The translations under genes were made by a program, and so were the position numbers. 64,000 bases of DNA from Octopus sinensis (lineage: Eukaryota), in contig NC_043020.1 of assembly GCF_006345805.1 (NCBI RefSeq), positions 28,086,001 through 28,150,000 on the forward strand, in the 5' to 3' direction. The stretch's first letter is position 1. Every line of letters starts with the position of its first letter. Below, one piece after another: positions 47,670 to 62,632 of this stretch. The notes under the pieces are model-generated. The model did not search any database and was not told where the DNA came from. It saw nothing but the letters and a program-made list of their open reading frames with translations.

Positions 47670-48678
47670 CCTCCCTGCTTCCATCTCCTGAGCGCCTATT
47701 AATAATAATACTGTAATTGTTCCTGTGTTGTTGTTTTTTTTGTTTCCTTTGGATGAAAAATTATATATATATATATATATATTATATAATATATATATAT
47801 ATATAATTCACATGCATCTGTGGAATTAACACCATGTAAACTGGACTGCTTTTTGTATGTATGTGCAAATATTTAATGCCTTGCATAATATTGTGGTATT
47901 ATGTTGGTCCCTAGTTTTGCTACTATATTGCTAATTATGTGATATATGTATTGTTTTATTAGTATTAATGTTATTAGAAACAAGAACAATGATATTGGTA
48001 GCATTAATGATATTGATAACAGTATTGATGTTAACATTAATGACTTTTTGTAAATTAGTATAAGGTAATACTGACTCTATATATCTGCATTGAAGTATGA
48101 ATATGTCTATGTTCTCTTTGTTGTAATATCTTAATATTAAGTTGAAAAACGTTGAATATGGAACATATATATATATTTTATTGATTTATATTATTTGTAT
48201 TATTATGTATATGTATATGTGTATGTATAAGAGTATGAGTATATGCACTCATATATATATGTAAATGATTTTTTATGGGTATGTACCCACACTTATATGA
48301 GTATATATGTAATTTGGTTTATACTTTAGAATCTCCGAAGAGGCCTTAAGATATCTTTGTAAATGTCTCATTTTTAACTTCATATTGGCATACTATACAT
48401 GGCTAATATAGGTAAAATGAGGCATATTTATCTGCATGGCCGAAACAGCTGTAAGATATTGTGTTATATTATATTTATATCTATTTATATTTATTTATTT
48501 ATATCCTCTTATAATGATTGTACCTATTGTATTGTATTACTCATTCATGTACGCTGTTTAGTTATGTATTTTTATGTTTAACCTTAACGTTCTTATGTAG
48601 TGGTTCAATAAAGTATGTGATTGGGTATAATCTGGTAGTTGATTAATGATTTAGATGTATTTCTCCATTTTCTGATTT

Positions 48679-48709
<31 letters not shown>

Positions 48710-49452
48710 GCGCAGGAGTGGCTGTGTGGTAAGTAGCTTGCTAACCAACCACATGATTCCGGGTTCAGTTCCACTGCATGGCATCTTGGGCAAATGTCTT
48801 CTACTATAGCCCCGGGCTGACCAATGCCTTGTGAGTGGATTTGGTAGACAGAAACTGAAAGAAGCCTGTGTATTATATCTATATATATATATGTGTGTGT
48901 GTGTTTGTGTTGTTACCTAGCATTGCTTGACAACTGATGCTGGTGTGTTTACGTCCCCGTCACTTAGCGGTTCGGCAAAAAAAGGACCGATAGAATAAGT
49001 ACTGGGCTTACAAAAGAATAAGTCCCGGGGTCGATTTGCTCGACTAAAGGCGGTGCTCCAGCATGGCTGCAGTCAAATGACTGAAACAAGTAAAAGAGTT
49101 AAAAGAGTTATATATATATACATATATGTATGTATATGGTGGTGGTGGTGGCGATGGAGGAGGAGGAGTTTTCCAGATGAGTTGATATGATGAATGGAAC
49201 TTTCTTGTTTGCTTCTCACTCTCGTTGTTATTGTTATTTTTCATTTTTATTGCAACCATAGCCTTTATTTTCCTTGTTGTTGATGTTGTTGTTGCTGTCA
49301 TATATCATTGCAACTAAGTCGGTCGTATTGTTTGGTGGAGAAAGTGACTGCGTAAAGCAGGTTAACTTTTTTTTAACTATCTGTCTCTTTTGCTGGGTGG
49401 GTTTTTATTATACTACGGAAAAAAAAAAAATGAATAAATATTTTTTTTAAAA

Positions 49453-49552
49453 NNNNNNNNNNNNNNNNNNNNNNNNNNNNNNNNNNNNNNNNNNNNNNNN
49501 NNNNNNNNNNNNNNNNNNNNNNNNNNNNNNNNNNNNNNNNNNNNNNNNNNNN
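49453..49552. other. Assembly gap (100 N)
   Basis: N run. Confidence 1.
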
Positions 49553-50574
49553 TAATGGATATATAATACTACCCACTCCTAGAATTTATTCTTTACTGAA
49601 CGGCTAAGTTATGGGGACGTAAATACACCAACACCAGTTGTGGAGCTGTAGTGAGGGTCAAACACAGACACAAAGACATGTGTGTGTGTGTGTATCTTTA
49701 GTAGAAATATAAAAAAATCCAGAGGAGAAGCACATTCTAAGATGTAGAGCAGTTAACATTATAGTGTGACAGACCAGTTTATGGGGTTACCCTGGGCTTC
49801 TTGCTCATCGGGGGTTTAGCCTTACAGACCCCAAAGCTTACTCTCTCTTTACTCTCTTTTACCTGTTTCAGTCATTTGACTGCGGCCATGCTGGAGCACC
49901 ACCTTTAATCGAGCAACTCGACCCCGGGACTTATTCTTTTTTGTAAGCCCAGTACTTATTCTATCGGACTCTTTTGCCGAACTGCTAAGTATCGGGGACA
50001 CAAACACACCAGCATCGGTTGTCAAGCAATGCTAGGGGGACAAACACAGATACACAAACATACACACACACACATATACGATGGGCTTCTTTCAGTTTCC
50101 ATCTACCAAATCCACTCACAAGGCATTGGTCGGCCCGGGCTATAGTATAAGACACTTGCCCAAGATGCCACGCAGTGGGACTGAACCCAGAACCATGTGG
50201 TTGGTTAGCAAGCTACTTACTACACAGCCATTCCTGCGCCTATTACAATAAAACTTAACAATTTTCTTTAAAAATGAAGGAGAGATACTAAAATATATCA
50301 GAGAATTTTGATTCCTGCAGACGATTGTATACAGACAGACAGACAGACGGACGGATGGATGGACGGACGGATGGACTGACGGACAGACAGTATGTATACT
50401 TCTTAATGTATTTGTCTGTTGAACAGCTTGATGTATGTTTTTATCACACACAACATTACCTTCTGACATGCTTCCTTCATTCGCTTCTCCAAGACACCCA
50501 GAACTCGCAAAGTTTAACGACTTCACAATTGTTTACGAAGAATTAAAATGATGTATCAAGTTTTTAAAAAATAT

Positions 50575-51575
50575 AACGTATATATATATATATATATACA
50601 TACATATAGGTATATATATATATACATATAGGTATATATATATATATATATATATACATACATACAGGTATATATATATATATATACATACATCTAGGTA
50701 TAATGTATATATATATACATACATACATACATATAGGTATATATATATATAATATTATATATACATACATACATAGGTAATATATATATATATTATATAT
50801 ATACATACATACATACATATAGTATATATATATAGATATATATATATACATACATACATATAGGTATATATATATATAATATATATATATATATATAACA
50901 TACATACACATATATATATATACATACATACACACATATATATATATATATATATACATACATACACATATATATATATATACATACATACACACATATA
51001 TATATACATACATACATACACATATATATATATACATACATACATACATACACATAGGTATATATATATATACATACATACACATAGGTATATATATATA
51101 TACATACATCATACATATATACACATAGGTATATATATATATATATACATACATACATATAGGTATATATATATATATATACATACATACATATAGGTAT
51201 AGGTATATATGTATATAGATATATATATATACACATACATATAGGTATAATATAACATATATATATATACATATATTTATATATATACTACATACATATA
51301 TACATCATATATACATATAGGTATATATATAACAGATTATATATATACATATAGGTATATATTCCAGATATATATATACATATATATAACACATATATAT
51401 ATATACACATTATATTACATATATATACCAGTATATATATAACATATATATATACATATATATATATACATATATATATATACATATATTATATACATAT
51501 ATATATATACATATATATATATACATATATATATATACATATAGGTATATATATACATATATATATATACAATGC

Positions 51576-51608
<33 letters not shown>

Positions 51609-51861
51609 CACATGCACATATATATATACATATATATATATACACATACACATATATACATACACATATATATGCATACACATATATATGCATACACATA
51701 TATATGCATACACATATATATGCATACACATATAGGTATATATATATATACCTATATATACATATATATATATACCTATATATATATATAGGTATATATA
51801 TATATACCTATATATATATAGGTATATATATTACCTATATATGTATATATATACCTATATG

Positions 51862-51892
<31 letters not shown>

Positions 51893-52186
51893 GTATATAT
51901 ATACCTATATGTAATATATACTTATATATATATATGTTATATATACTTATATATATAAGTTATATATATACTTTATGTATTATATATATACCTATATGTA
52001 TATATATATATACAACTATATATATATATTTTGTCTTTTGTTATTGTTATATATATATATATAGGTATATATATATATATATATAGGCATATATAATATA
52101 TATATAGGCATATATATATAATATATATACATATATATATATATACATATATATATATACATATACATACATATATATATATATAC

Positions 52187-52221
<35 letters not shown>

Positions 52222-52271
52222 GGTATATATATAGGTATATATATATATACCTATATATATATATATATATA

Positions 52272-52303
<32 letters not shown>

Positions 52304-52350
52304 GTATATATATACGTATATATATATACATACTATAGTATATATATACA
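50575..52350. repeat. About 1.8 kb TA/TACA/TAGG compound microsatellite
   Basis: Directly visible. Confidence 0.95.
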
Positions 52351-53085
52351 ATAACAAAAGACAAAAAAAAGCAAAGAAAGCATCCCTGAATTAAAAATAA
52401 ATAAATAACTTCTGAAACTCCATACTGATTAATTTGTGGACAAACAAATCAAGGGATGTTAATGAGAGTTTGGAATCCTCCCGTGTTTGAAATAAGAAAA
52501 AATCAATACCATGTGATAACTATTACATCTTTGATTTATTTATCATTGATCTGTTTATTCTGGACTTGTAATGTCTCCCATAAGAACAGACAACTTATTT
52601 TAACATGATGTCCTTCCATAGATTTGTCACCTGTACTTATTTTGTACGCACGTGCACACACACACCGCACACTAAGTATATATATGTGTGTGTATAATAT
52701 ATATATATATATATATAAATGTATAAAAGACAAAATAGAATGAAAAAACTACAGAAGACTTAAAAAATATATTTAAATCGTCATGTTATAAAAATTTGTG
52801 TTCAGTGACATTGTTTTGTATTTTCTTTTCAGATTTCTCAAGCGTATATATACATACATATATATTTATATGTATATATATATTTTTTCACATATATTAT
52901 TCCCACATACACACACACGTGTGTGTATATAAATATATTTCTAATAAATCATAATTCCAAAAGGGAAGCACACTCTAAATTATAGAGCAGCAGATTTGTA
53001 TCATCTCTCTCTCACTATCTATCTATCTGTTTATCTATCTATCTATCTATCTGTCTGCCTATCTATCTACCTATCCATCTATCTA

Positions 53086-53116
<31 letters not shown>

Positions 53117-54594
53117 GCCTGCCTGTCTATCTATCTATCTGCCTGTCTAACTGTCTATCTATCTATCCATCTACACATCTATCTGTCTATCTATGTATCT
53201 ATCTGTCTATCTTCTCTATATGGTAAATGAGAGACGGAAGATGAAAGTTACAAGATTTTTTATTATTCACTATATTTTTACACATATGTATGTAAGCATG
53301 TGGTTTTGTGTGTGTGTGAGTGTTGGATTCATATAGCCAAGTGGTTTGGGTGTTGACCTCCTAATCATTAGGCTGTGGGTTCGATTCTCAAACAGGATGA
53401 CTGGTTACGTCTTCAAACAAGACATTTTGTTTCAAATTACTTCAACCGAAAACGAGTACCAGTGACATCTGAGGGGTTAACCTTGTGACAGACTGGAGTC
53501 CCATTCATGGAGAATGACATTCTATTTTAAGCTGCTTAAACAAAATGGAAACTTAGCGGTTCGGCAAAAGAGACCAATAGAATAAGTACTAGGCTTACAA
53601 AGAATATGTCCTGGGGTCAATTTCTTTGACTAAATGAGTACCCCTGACACGTCGTGTGATATGATATACTTGAGAAGACCTATTGAGCCAAGTAAAACCA
53701 ATATCGTAGCTGTGGCCAGTGACCCCTGACTGGCTCCCATGCCGGTGGCATGTAAAAAGCACCATCTGAACATGGTTGATGCCAGGTCTGCCTGACTGGC
53801 CCTTGTGCCAGTGGCACGTAAAAACGTGGCTGATGCCAGCAACCCCTGACTGGCTCTCATGCTGGTGCCACATAAAAAGCACCCACTACACTCTCGGAGT
53901 GGTTAGCATTAGGAAGGGCATCCAGCTGTAGAAACATTGTGGAGGTGCAATGGCCCAGTGGTTAGGGCAGCAGACTTGCGGTTTCAATTCCCAGGGCGGG
54001 CGTTGTGTGTGTTTATTGAGCGAAATCACCTAAAGCTCCACGAGGCTCCGGCAGGAGGGTAGGGGATGAGACCCTGTTGTACTCTTTCACCCCGACTTTC
54101 TCTCACTCTTTCTTGTCCCCGAATTCCTACGCAACCGCTGAGCCTCTCGGTGTCGGGGGTTGACCTGCTTTCTCTTCTGCGGGTCTTACGAATAGCAAAG
54201 GACCACGTTTCGGACTTCTTTCCACTCTGGGATGAAGACCACTTCGCTCAACAAACAAACAAACATCAACATCAACAACAAGACGATGATGGCAATGATG
54301 ATGATGATGAGAACAAATAAAAAGTCAACAAATTTTTTTTCCTTCCAAAAGTTTTTTTTCTTTTATTCACAAAGGCTTCCAAGAATTGTTTTATTAGAAT
54401 ATAGAGCAATCAAGAATTTCAGATAACTTTCTTTTGTTATTCATTTTTTTTTTTTATAGAGAAGAATTTGGAAATTGGAGAACAATTTCCTCAGTGTAAA
54501 TGGCCAACACTTGCTGCTCTGATACCATTTGTCACAAAAAAAATATACGGAAATTATATACATGCCTCTCTGTGACTGTGTCTATGTACAACAA

Positions 54595-54645
54595 ATATAC
54601 ACAGGTATATATACATTTATATATATATGTATATATATACACACA

Positions 54646-54688
<43 letters not shown>

Positions 54689-55125
54689 TATATATATATA
54701 TATACACACACACATATGTATATATACACACACATTCATACATATATGTATATATATACATATGTGTGTATATATATATATATACATGTGTGTGTATGTA
54801 TATGTATATATATATATACATGTGTGTGTATATATATACATATATGTGTATATATATATTACACACACATGTGTATATATATACACACACACATGTATAT
54901 ATATATAGACATATACATACATACACGTATATATATATATATATATATACATATACACACATATTCATATATATATATTACACACACGTGTATATATATA
55001 CACACACACACACGTATATATATAGACATATACATACATACACGTATATATATATATACATACACACACATATTCATATATATATATATATATACACATA
55101 TTCATATATACACGCACACACACAG
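54595..55125. repeat. TA/CA compound microsatellite
   Basis: Directly visible. Confidence 0.9.
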
Positions 55126-55896
55126 AAAGAAGCATTTTAACCAAAACCATAAAATATGATAATGCCTTTTTTTTCTTCAAAAAAAAAAAAAAATTCAAAG
55201 TTATCTCCCTTTACAGTGGAGACTTCAATGGCCAAGCTTCGTGTTTTACTATCGTATTATCACGTCTTAATCTCTTTAAGATCCTCTTTGATCACAGGCT
55301 TAGTCAATTAGGGATGAAATGAGTTTATACAACAATATTAGGATCTGGAAGACAGAGTGTAATCGTGTAATGAAACGCCAGTTTTTGACTTGTGAAGTGG
55401 TTCCTTTTCTCGAAAGGAAGGAGAAAGAAACCCTTCTAAACATTGAGAATTAGCATTAAGGGATGATGGATTCACTGCCAATGGTCTCTCTCTTTCTCGC
55501 TCTCTTCAATATAAAACAAACTCTTTATTTTATTATGTCAGATTAGTGGTTAATCCCTCTTAATAATACTGCATCGATCTTTAACTTTCATTGTTTCAAA
55601 TTAAACAAAATAAAATTGAAAATAAATATACAACAAATACCATTCTCTCTGCCAGTTCAGAAGTGAACACTTCTCTCCAGAAATGTTGTCAGAGAAAGTT
55701 AAAGATCCGAATTGAATGAAATTTCTTTCCCTCTCATTTCGTATTCTTTTTGGGTTACTTTTCGGGAAACTTTTTGCTTGATGTTTTATTTTATTTTATT
55801 TTGAATTCTGAAACTGTTTTCCTTTATAGGGAAGAACTGTTTGACATTTTAATCCAAATGTGACTCCCCCCCCCCCACCTTACAAGAGAGAATTCC

Positions 55897-56013
55897 TTAT
55901 GGGGAGTCCCTTTCGCAGCTTACAAGTTCAGAATCTATAACACTTTGGTAAGCAAGGGCAGATTCTGCAGCCGGGTCATACAGCTGAACTTCAAGCCAAG
56001 GCCGTTGAGTTTT
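55897..56013 (-). CDS. RNF17: Tudor gene terminal exon (KTQRPWLEVQLYDPAAESALAYQSVIDSELVSCERDSP*)
   Basis: TTTTCAG acceptor, phase 0, TAA stop; internal GTAAGC at 55923 could be an alternative donor. Confidence 0.82.
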   Translation of the reverse strand, partial: KTQRPWLEVQLYDPAAESALAYQSVIDSELVSCERDSP

Positions 56014-59000
56014 CTGAAAAACAGAAATAAATATGCATGATAATTCAACAGCCATACAATCATTTGTAATTACACACACACACATTTAGAGTTAATGACA
56101 ATCATACACGGTCTTGAATGCATTTATCATCATCAACATCATCATCATTTTCCTATTTGATTTTTCATGCCTTCATGGGTTGGAAGAGTCCTCTCTAATA
56201 CATCTTGCCATTTGATGTGTCCCTTTTTTCAACTCCTTCATGAAGCTCAATATCATGAGATCAGCTCTCACCCATTTCTGTTTATTTTCCTCTTTCTCAA
56301 TTTCCCTCCACTAAAGTCTCTTAGTTCTTCTTTATTCAACAATTTTCATGCTACAGCTTCTCTTTCTGGTTTCTACTAAACCCAGTTTTTTTTCTCAGCT
56401 CATCTGTATCACATCACTCACACACACCAATATTACACATTCCACAGAACTTCTTTCACCATTAACAACCATTTCCTATGATGGAACCAGTTGGACAGTT
56501 TAACAGGAGTTTTCAAATCAGAGGACCGCACCAAACCCTACTGCCTGCTTTGGCATGGTTTCTATGGCTGGATGTCCTTCCTAATACCGACCACCTGATA
56601 GACTAGGTGCTTTTTATGTGGCACCAGCACCAGTGAGGTTACCAAGTAACTTGCAAGACCCCACAACAGAGTGGGGAAGTAGAACTGAAGGAGGAGGCTC
56701 TATGCCAGGTGACGAGAAGCCTTTATCATTTAACCTGTCCCAGATGGGAAACCAAACTAAGATCTTGTGGCCCACTGGCATAACTCCAGGGTCGTTGCAA
56801 TATACAAGCCTTCACAGTGCAAAAAGGGCTCTACACTATGAGGGTCAGCCTTCACACACACACAGATGTATAAACAATTCCATATACATGGGTTTACTTA
56901 TCCATGCCAAAACAGACAGAGTAACCTGGGGCAGTCTTCTACCTGGCTGGCCCCTGTCAAACTGGCCGACCCATGCATGGATGATGATGATGATGATGAT
57001 GATATATACATGCACAGTTACACATATAGTCTTTTACATAATCACACACACACACACACACACACACAGCAAAGTCCATTTTCATACTAGCCTCACCTGT
57101 AAAACTGCATCAAGTTCTTTGTTAACGACAGAATCAATAACAGCCTTCATTGCTTCCTCGGTCCATTGATGTGATTCATCTGAGGGTTTCATGCCCTTCA
57201 CAACGCAGCGCACAGCCTGTGAGGGTAACTTTAGAAACTTCTGTGAGATTTCCCGAATCCTGAAACATTTCCATAATTAACTGTTAAGAGCTTGAAACAT
57301 GAGACATTGTAAGTATTAGTTTGAGAAAAAGAAAAGACTAACTAGACACAAACCATGCAGTTCTCGCTCACTGGATAACCATGTCACATGCTACTAACAA
57401 TTCTATGCAGGCATGGTTGTGAGGTTATAAAGCTTGCTCCCCAACCACTTGTCCATTTATGCTGGAGCTCTGGGCAAAATGTCATACTGTATGACCATCT
57501 GTGGGACATGAGTGATGTGTGTGTAAAGTTTGAAGATCGGTTGAGAATTGTGGAAATGTATGCATTAGTCATTATACACACACATACTGTAATTTATATA
57601 CACTAAATATATGTGTGTGTGTGTGTGTGTACATGAACGTGTGTGTGTATGCAGGCTTAAGTATGAGTTGGTGTTTCCTTGCCTTGATATTGTATGATTG
57701 TCATCTGTTACCAATCTTCTTGAAAACATACCCAGCCATGGAGAAAATATTACCTTATTTGAAAACAGGTGAAGCTTGGCAACAGAAAGGGCATCAAGCC
57801 ATAGAAAATCTGCCGTCTACTTACCAATAAAATAGAATGTTTTGAAAAGTTTCCTACCTTGACTTATCGATATATTCCGACGTCCCATAGTCAACATAGA
57901 GAACCAACATATCAGTCTGTTTAACATCAGCAATAACACTTCGGTACCAACAGTCATCCACTGTAAACTGACAGCAACATGCTTTACCTGCAACAGAAGA
58001 TGTTCTGGAGATGTACTTGCATAGCAAGTGTCTTGATCTGAGATCAAAGTGACTGCAGAATGGAAGACACAAGTTAGCCATTCAGAAACACAAAGATTTT
58101 TAACATCACTGAACTTTTTAGCATTTGGATTATTCTTGTAAATGTTCTGCTTGTTTAAGCACTTTGGTTTAGATTAATCATGTATTTAGCTTACAACTTC
58201 CAGATTTCAAAGATGTGATCCTTTAGTTTTAGAATGACATTGTAGGGTAGGTGGGAGAGGCTGGATCTGATCAGTTTGAACATCAAACAGGTAGAATATT
58301 TTGGCCAGATATGGCTAGTTTAAATGCTAATGAGTTAAACATTTATTTGTAATATGGCATCGAAATTGCATTACCATATATGGTCAAGCAAGTTTCTGCA
58401 ACAGTCAAGGGCAAACTATGGTCCATGGGAATTTCTGAATGCCTAATGTGTGAGGATGTGAATGCTTATGTCACTTTGTTTTGACATTGCATGATGGTTG
58501 TAAATGAGTGTCACTGTCATACAAGCAGTGTTGTTCATTTCTGATATTCTGCGAAAACGTGTCTGGCCATGAAGAAATAGTACCTTGTTTGGAAACAGGT
58601 GAAGATTGACAACAGAATGGGCATTGAGCTGCAGAAAAAACCTGCCTCAATAAACTCCATCAGACACAAGGAAGTATGGGAATGTGGATGGTTAAATGAT
58701 AAGGTGGCGAGCTGGCAGAAACGTTAGCACATCGGGCGAAATGCTTAGTGGTATTTCGTCTGCCTTTACGTTCTGAGTTCAAATTCAGCCGAGGTCGACT
58801 TTGCCTTTCATCATTTCGGGGTCGATAAATTAAGTACCAGTAACGCACTGGGGTCGATATAATCGACTTAATACCTATGTCTGTCCTTGTTTGTCCCCTC
58901 TATGTTTAGCCCCTTGTGGGCAATAAAGAAATAGGTATTTCATCTGCCATTACGTTCTGAGTTCAAATTCAGCCGAGGTCGATTTGCCTTTCATCCTTTC

Positions 59001-59724
59001 GGGATCGATAAATTAAGTACCAGTTACGCACTGGGGTCAATGTAATCGACTTAATCCATTTGTTTGTCCCCTCTGTGTTTAGCCCCTTGTGGGTAGTAAA
59101 GAAACAGGTTAAATGATGAATCTGAAACAGTCTCTGCTGGACAAGGTAAAACTCATCAAACCAAGCAAAATTGTTGTTATGTGCCACTGGCACCAGTGAC
59201 ACATAACGACATCCGTGCCACCGACACGTAAGTGACATGTAAAAGGCACCCACTACACTCTCGGAGTGGCTGGCTTTAGGAAGGGCACCCAGCCGCAGAA
59301 ACCAAGCAAATCTTGATGATGATGATGATGGTGGTGATTTACCAAAAACCCAGTGAATTAGCAAAGAAGCCCTTAACTCACCAACAACCGTCTTTTTAAT
59401 CGGAGGAGCAGAAAGCGCATATTCGTTGAGTTCAACTGACATCTCTTCGAGCTGGAGAAGCTGCGAGTTAATCCGACGACTTTCCTCATCACTGCTGGAC
59501 CTTTGGGAATTTTGGAAATATATCTGACGCAGAAAATAGAAAAAAAAAGAAAATGAATAACAGGCACAGGAGTGGCTGTGTGGTAAGTAGCTTGCTTACC
59601 AACCACATGGTTCCGGGTTCAATCCCACTGCGTGGCATCTTGGGCAAGTGTCTTCTGCTATAGCCCCGGACCGACCAATGCCTTGTGAGTGGATTTGGTA
59701 GACGGAAACTGAAAGAAGCCTGTC

Positions 59725-59772
<48 letters not shown>

Positions 59773-59779
59773 GTATGTA

Positions 59780-59829
<50 letters not shown>

Positions 59830-62598
59830 TCCCCCTAGCATTGCTTGACAACCGATGCTGGTGTGTTTACGTCCCCGTCACTTAGCAGTTCGGCAAAAGA
59901 GACCGATAGAATAAGTACTGGGCTTACAAAGAATAAGTCCCGGGGTTGATTTGCTCGACTAAGGGTGGTGCTCCAGCATGGCCGCAGTCAAATGACTGAA
60001 ACAAGTAAAAGAGTAAAAGAGAGAACCTAAATAATGGCTGTGTGGTTAAGGAACTTACTTTACAAACCACATGGTTTTGAGTTCAGTCCTACTTGGGCAA
60101 GTGTCTTCTGCTATAGCCTAGGACTAAATAATACTCTGTAAGTGATTTTTGAAGATGGAAACTGTGTGGAAGCTCATCCTACATAATATGTGAATATGCC
60201 TTTGTGTTTGTTCTCCCTTTTTGCTTGACAACTGGTGTTAGTTTGTTTACATCCCAGTAGTTCAGCAGTTTGGCAAAAGAGGCCCATAGAGTATATACCA
60301 GACTTACAAAGGTACTGGAAGTCAATTTGTTTGTCTAAAGCAGGGATTCTCAACCAGTTTTCATCTATGGATCCCTTTGATTCTACTATTTTATTCTGGT
60401 GGACCCCTAAAAGCCATTTGATGTTTAAAAACTAATTTTAAAGGTACTTCTTTCAAAATCCCTATTTTGTTTTTCACACATTAACTTGTGTTGGTTGAAC
60501 TATGAAAGATGTCAAAGAAACCCTGCTGTTTCTCGCAACACATACCAATACATACCAATACATACCAACACATACCAACACATACAAAGTTTTCAGGGGT
60601 TCTTAAAATATTTTTGTGGATCTTCAATTTGCTATTTAATTGTAGACCCCACAAAATCTTTTATGGACCCCGGCTGAAAACCACTGTCTAAGGCAGTACC
60701 CCAACATGACCATAATCCAACAAGTAAAAAATAGGAAATAAATAAACAAAAAAGAAATTATTTCAAAGTGTGTGTGTGGGCTTAGCCATGTGATTACTTC
60801 ATAAATCTGAACTCTCGTTGAATTCTTCCTACCTTGACACCACCGGTGCTGTCTCACACACTTTTTATTTATAGGTACAGGAGTAGCTGTGTGGTAAGTA
60901 GCTTGTTTACCAACCACATGGTTCCGGGTTCATTCCCACCATATGGCACCTTGGGCAATTGTCTTCTACTATAGCCTTGGGCCGACCAAAGCCTTGTGAG
61001 TGGATTTGGTAGACGGAAACTGAAAGAAGCCCATCGTATATGTGAGTGTGTGCGTGTGTTTGTATATCTGTGTTTGTCTGACAATCGATAGTGGTGTGTT
61101 TACATCCTTGTAACTTAGCAGTTCAGCAAAAGAGACCGACGTTAAATGATGTTGATGATGAGATTTGGACATCTAATGTCAAGGAATACTTACCACATTT
61201 GGTAGTTCGACATGTGTCACTAAAACAGGAATAGACTTGTTAAAAGTGAACTTCATGTTCTTGAATGGATTGCATGTCTGAAAAACAGGGAAAAAAATAT
61301 TGGTAACGGTGTACTTTTATCTCTGTTTGCTAAATTCACACCCCACTCATTCCTCCACTTTATATCGGCGAGCTGGCAGAAACGTTAGCACGCTGGGCGA
61401 AATGCGTAGCTGTCTTTCGTCTGCCGTTACATTCTGAGTTCCGCCGAGGTCGACTTTGCCTTTCATCCTTTCAGGTTCGATAAATTAAGTACCAGTTATG
61501 CACTGGTGTCGATGTAATCGACTTAATCTGTTTGTCTGTCCTTGTTTGTCCCATCTGTGTTTAGCCCCTTGTTGTTGGCAAGCCCAGCTCAGTATGAGGG
61601 TAGCAAACCCAAAATGCTGGTTTGTTAAGTCTGGGGTTGTCAGGACTACCGAAAACTCAGTTCCCATGTCACAGTTGAAGTTAAGCTTTGCTAGTCACAG
61701 ACCCCGTTTGTGGATGGATTTTATCATATCAAATAAATGTAGACACGGCTGTCTGGTACATACATCCACATGCATCCTGAGCCAATGCCTTCTACTATAG
61801 ACCTGGGCCAACCAAATAAGAGCTAAAATTTTCTAATGCTGTACTTAACACACATGAATGAAGACACATACACTAACAGGGAACATAATTGTTGAAAAAT
61901 GCCGACCGAGAATTCTGAAGACTGACGGCAATTTCAGCAGTTTCCGTTGCCTCATCAGCTAAGTTCGCTTGATTTCGTCTTTTTCAGCCTTGCTTCTCTA
62001 TTAGTATATATGCTTACATCATTCAAATTATTGGATAATTTAATGATTCGTTAATGTGTATACATAAAATTAATATAAACAGTAGGTTGCAGTGTTTCAC
62101 CAAAAAGGAGAAAACAGTTCTCCTTTGTGTATGTGTGTGTGTGTGTGTTTGTCTCCCACCATCACCTGACAACCGATATTGGTGTGTTTACATCTGTGTA
62201 ACTTAGCAGTTCAGCAAAAGAGACTGATAGAATAAGTACTAGGCTTACAAAGAATAAGTCCTAGGGTCGATTTGTTCCACTAAAGGCAGTGCTCCAGCAT
62301 GGCCGCAGTCAAATGACTGAAACAAATAAAAGACCATGTACACACACACACACACATGCATATATGCGCATGTGTTATTTGCACAATGCCTCAACGTAAG
62401 ATGATGGTTGTAAACAAGTGGTGGTGTTTCCAAAGTTCTGTGGAAAGATACCTGGTCGCCGGTTACGGGGGAATATTACCTCACCTGGAAACAGGTGAGG
62501 GTTGGCAACAGGAAAGTCATCCAGTCATAGAAAACTGCCTCAACAAATTCCATCCAACTCATACAAACATGGAAAAGTGAATATTAAAACCATGATGA

Positions 62599-62632
<34 letters not shown>

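Noticed and set aside
55200-55500. Unique sequence downstream of the Tudor gene as further coding exons
   Set aside because: Only short open frames on either strand; compatible with 3'UTR or intergenic DNA.
58375-58434. Candidate Tudor-gene exon (IPMDHSLPLTVAETCLTIY)
   Set aside because: Weak acceptor; exon 59382-59523 already joins 57987 to give the canonical PPIKKTVVGKACCCQF.
61875-62000. Possible Tudor-gene exon with GTATGT donor
   Set aside because: All three frames are closed; resembles a retroelement terminal remnant.
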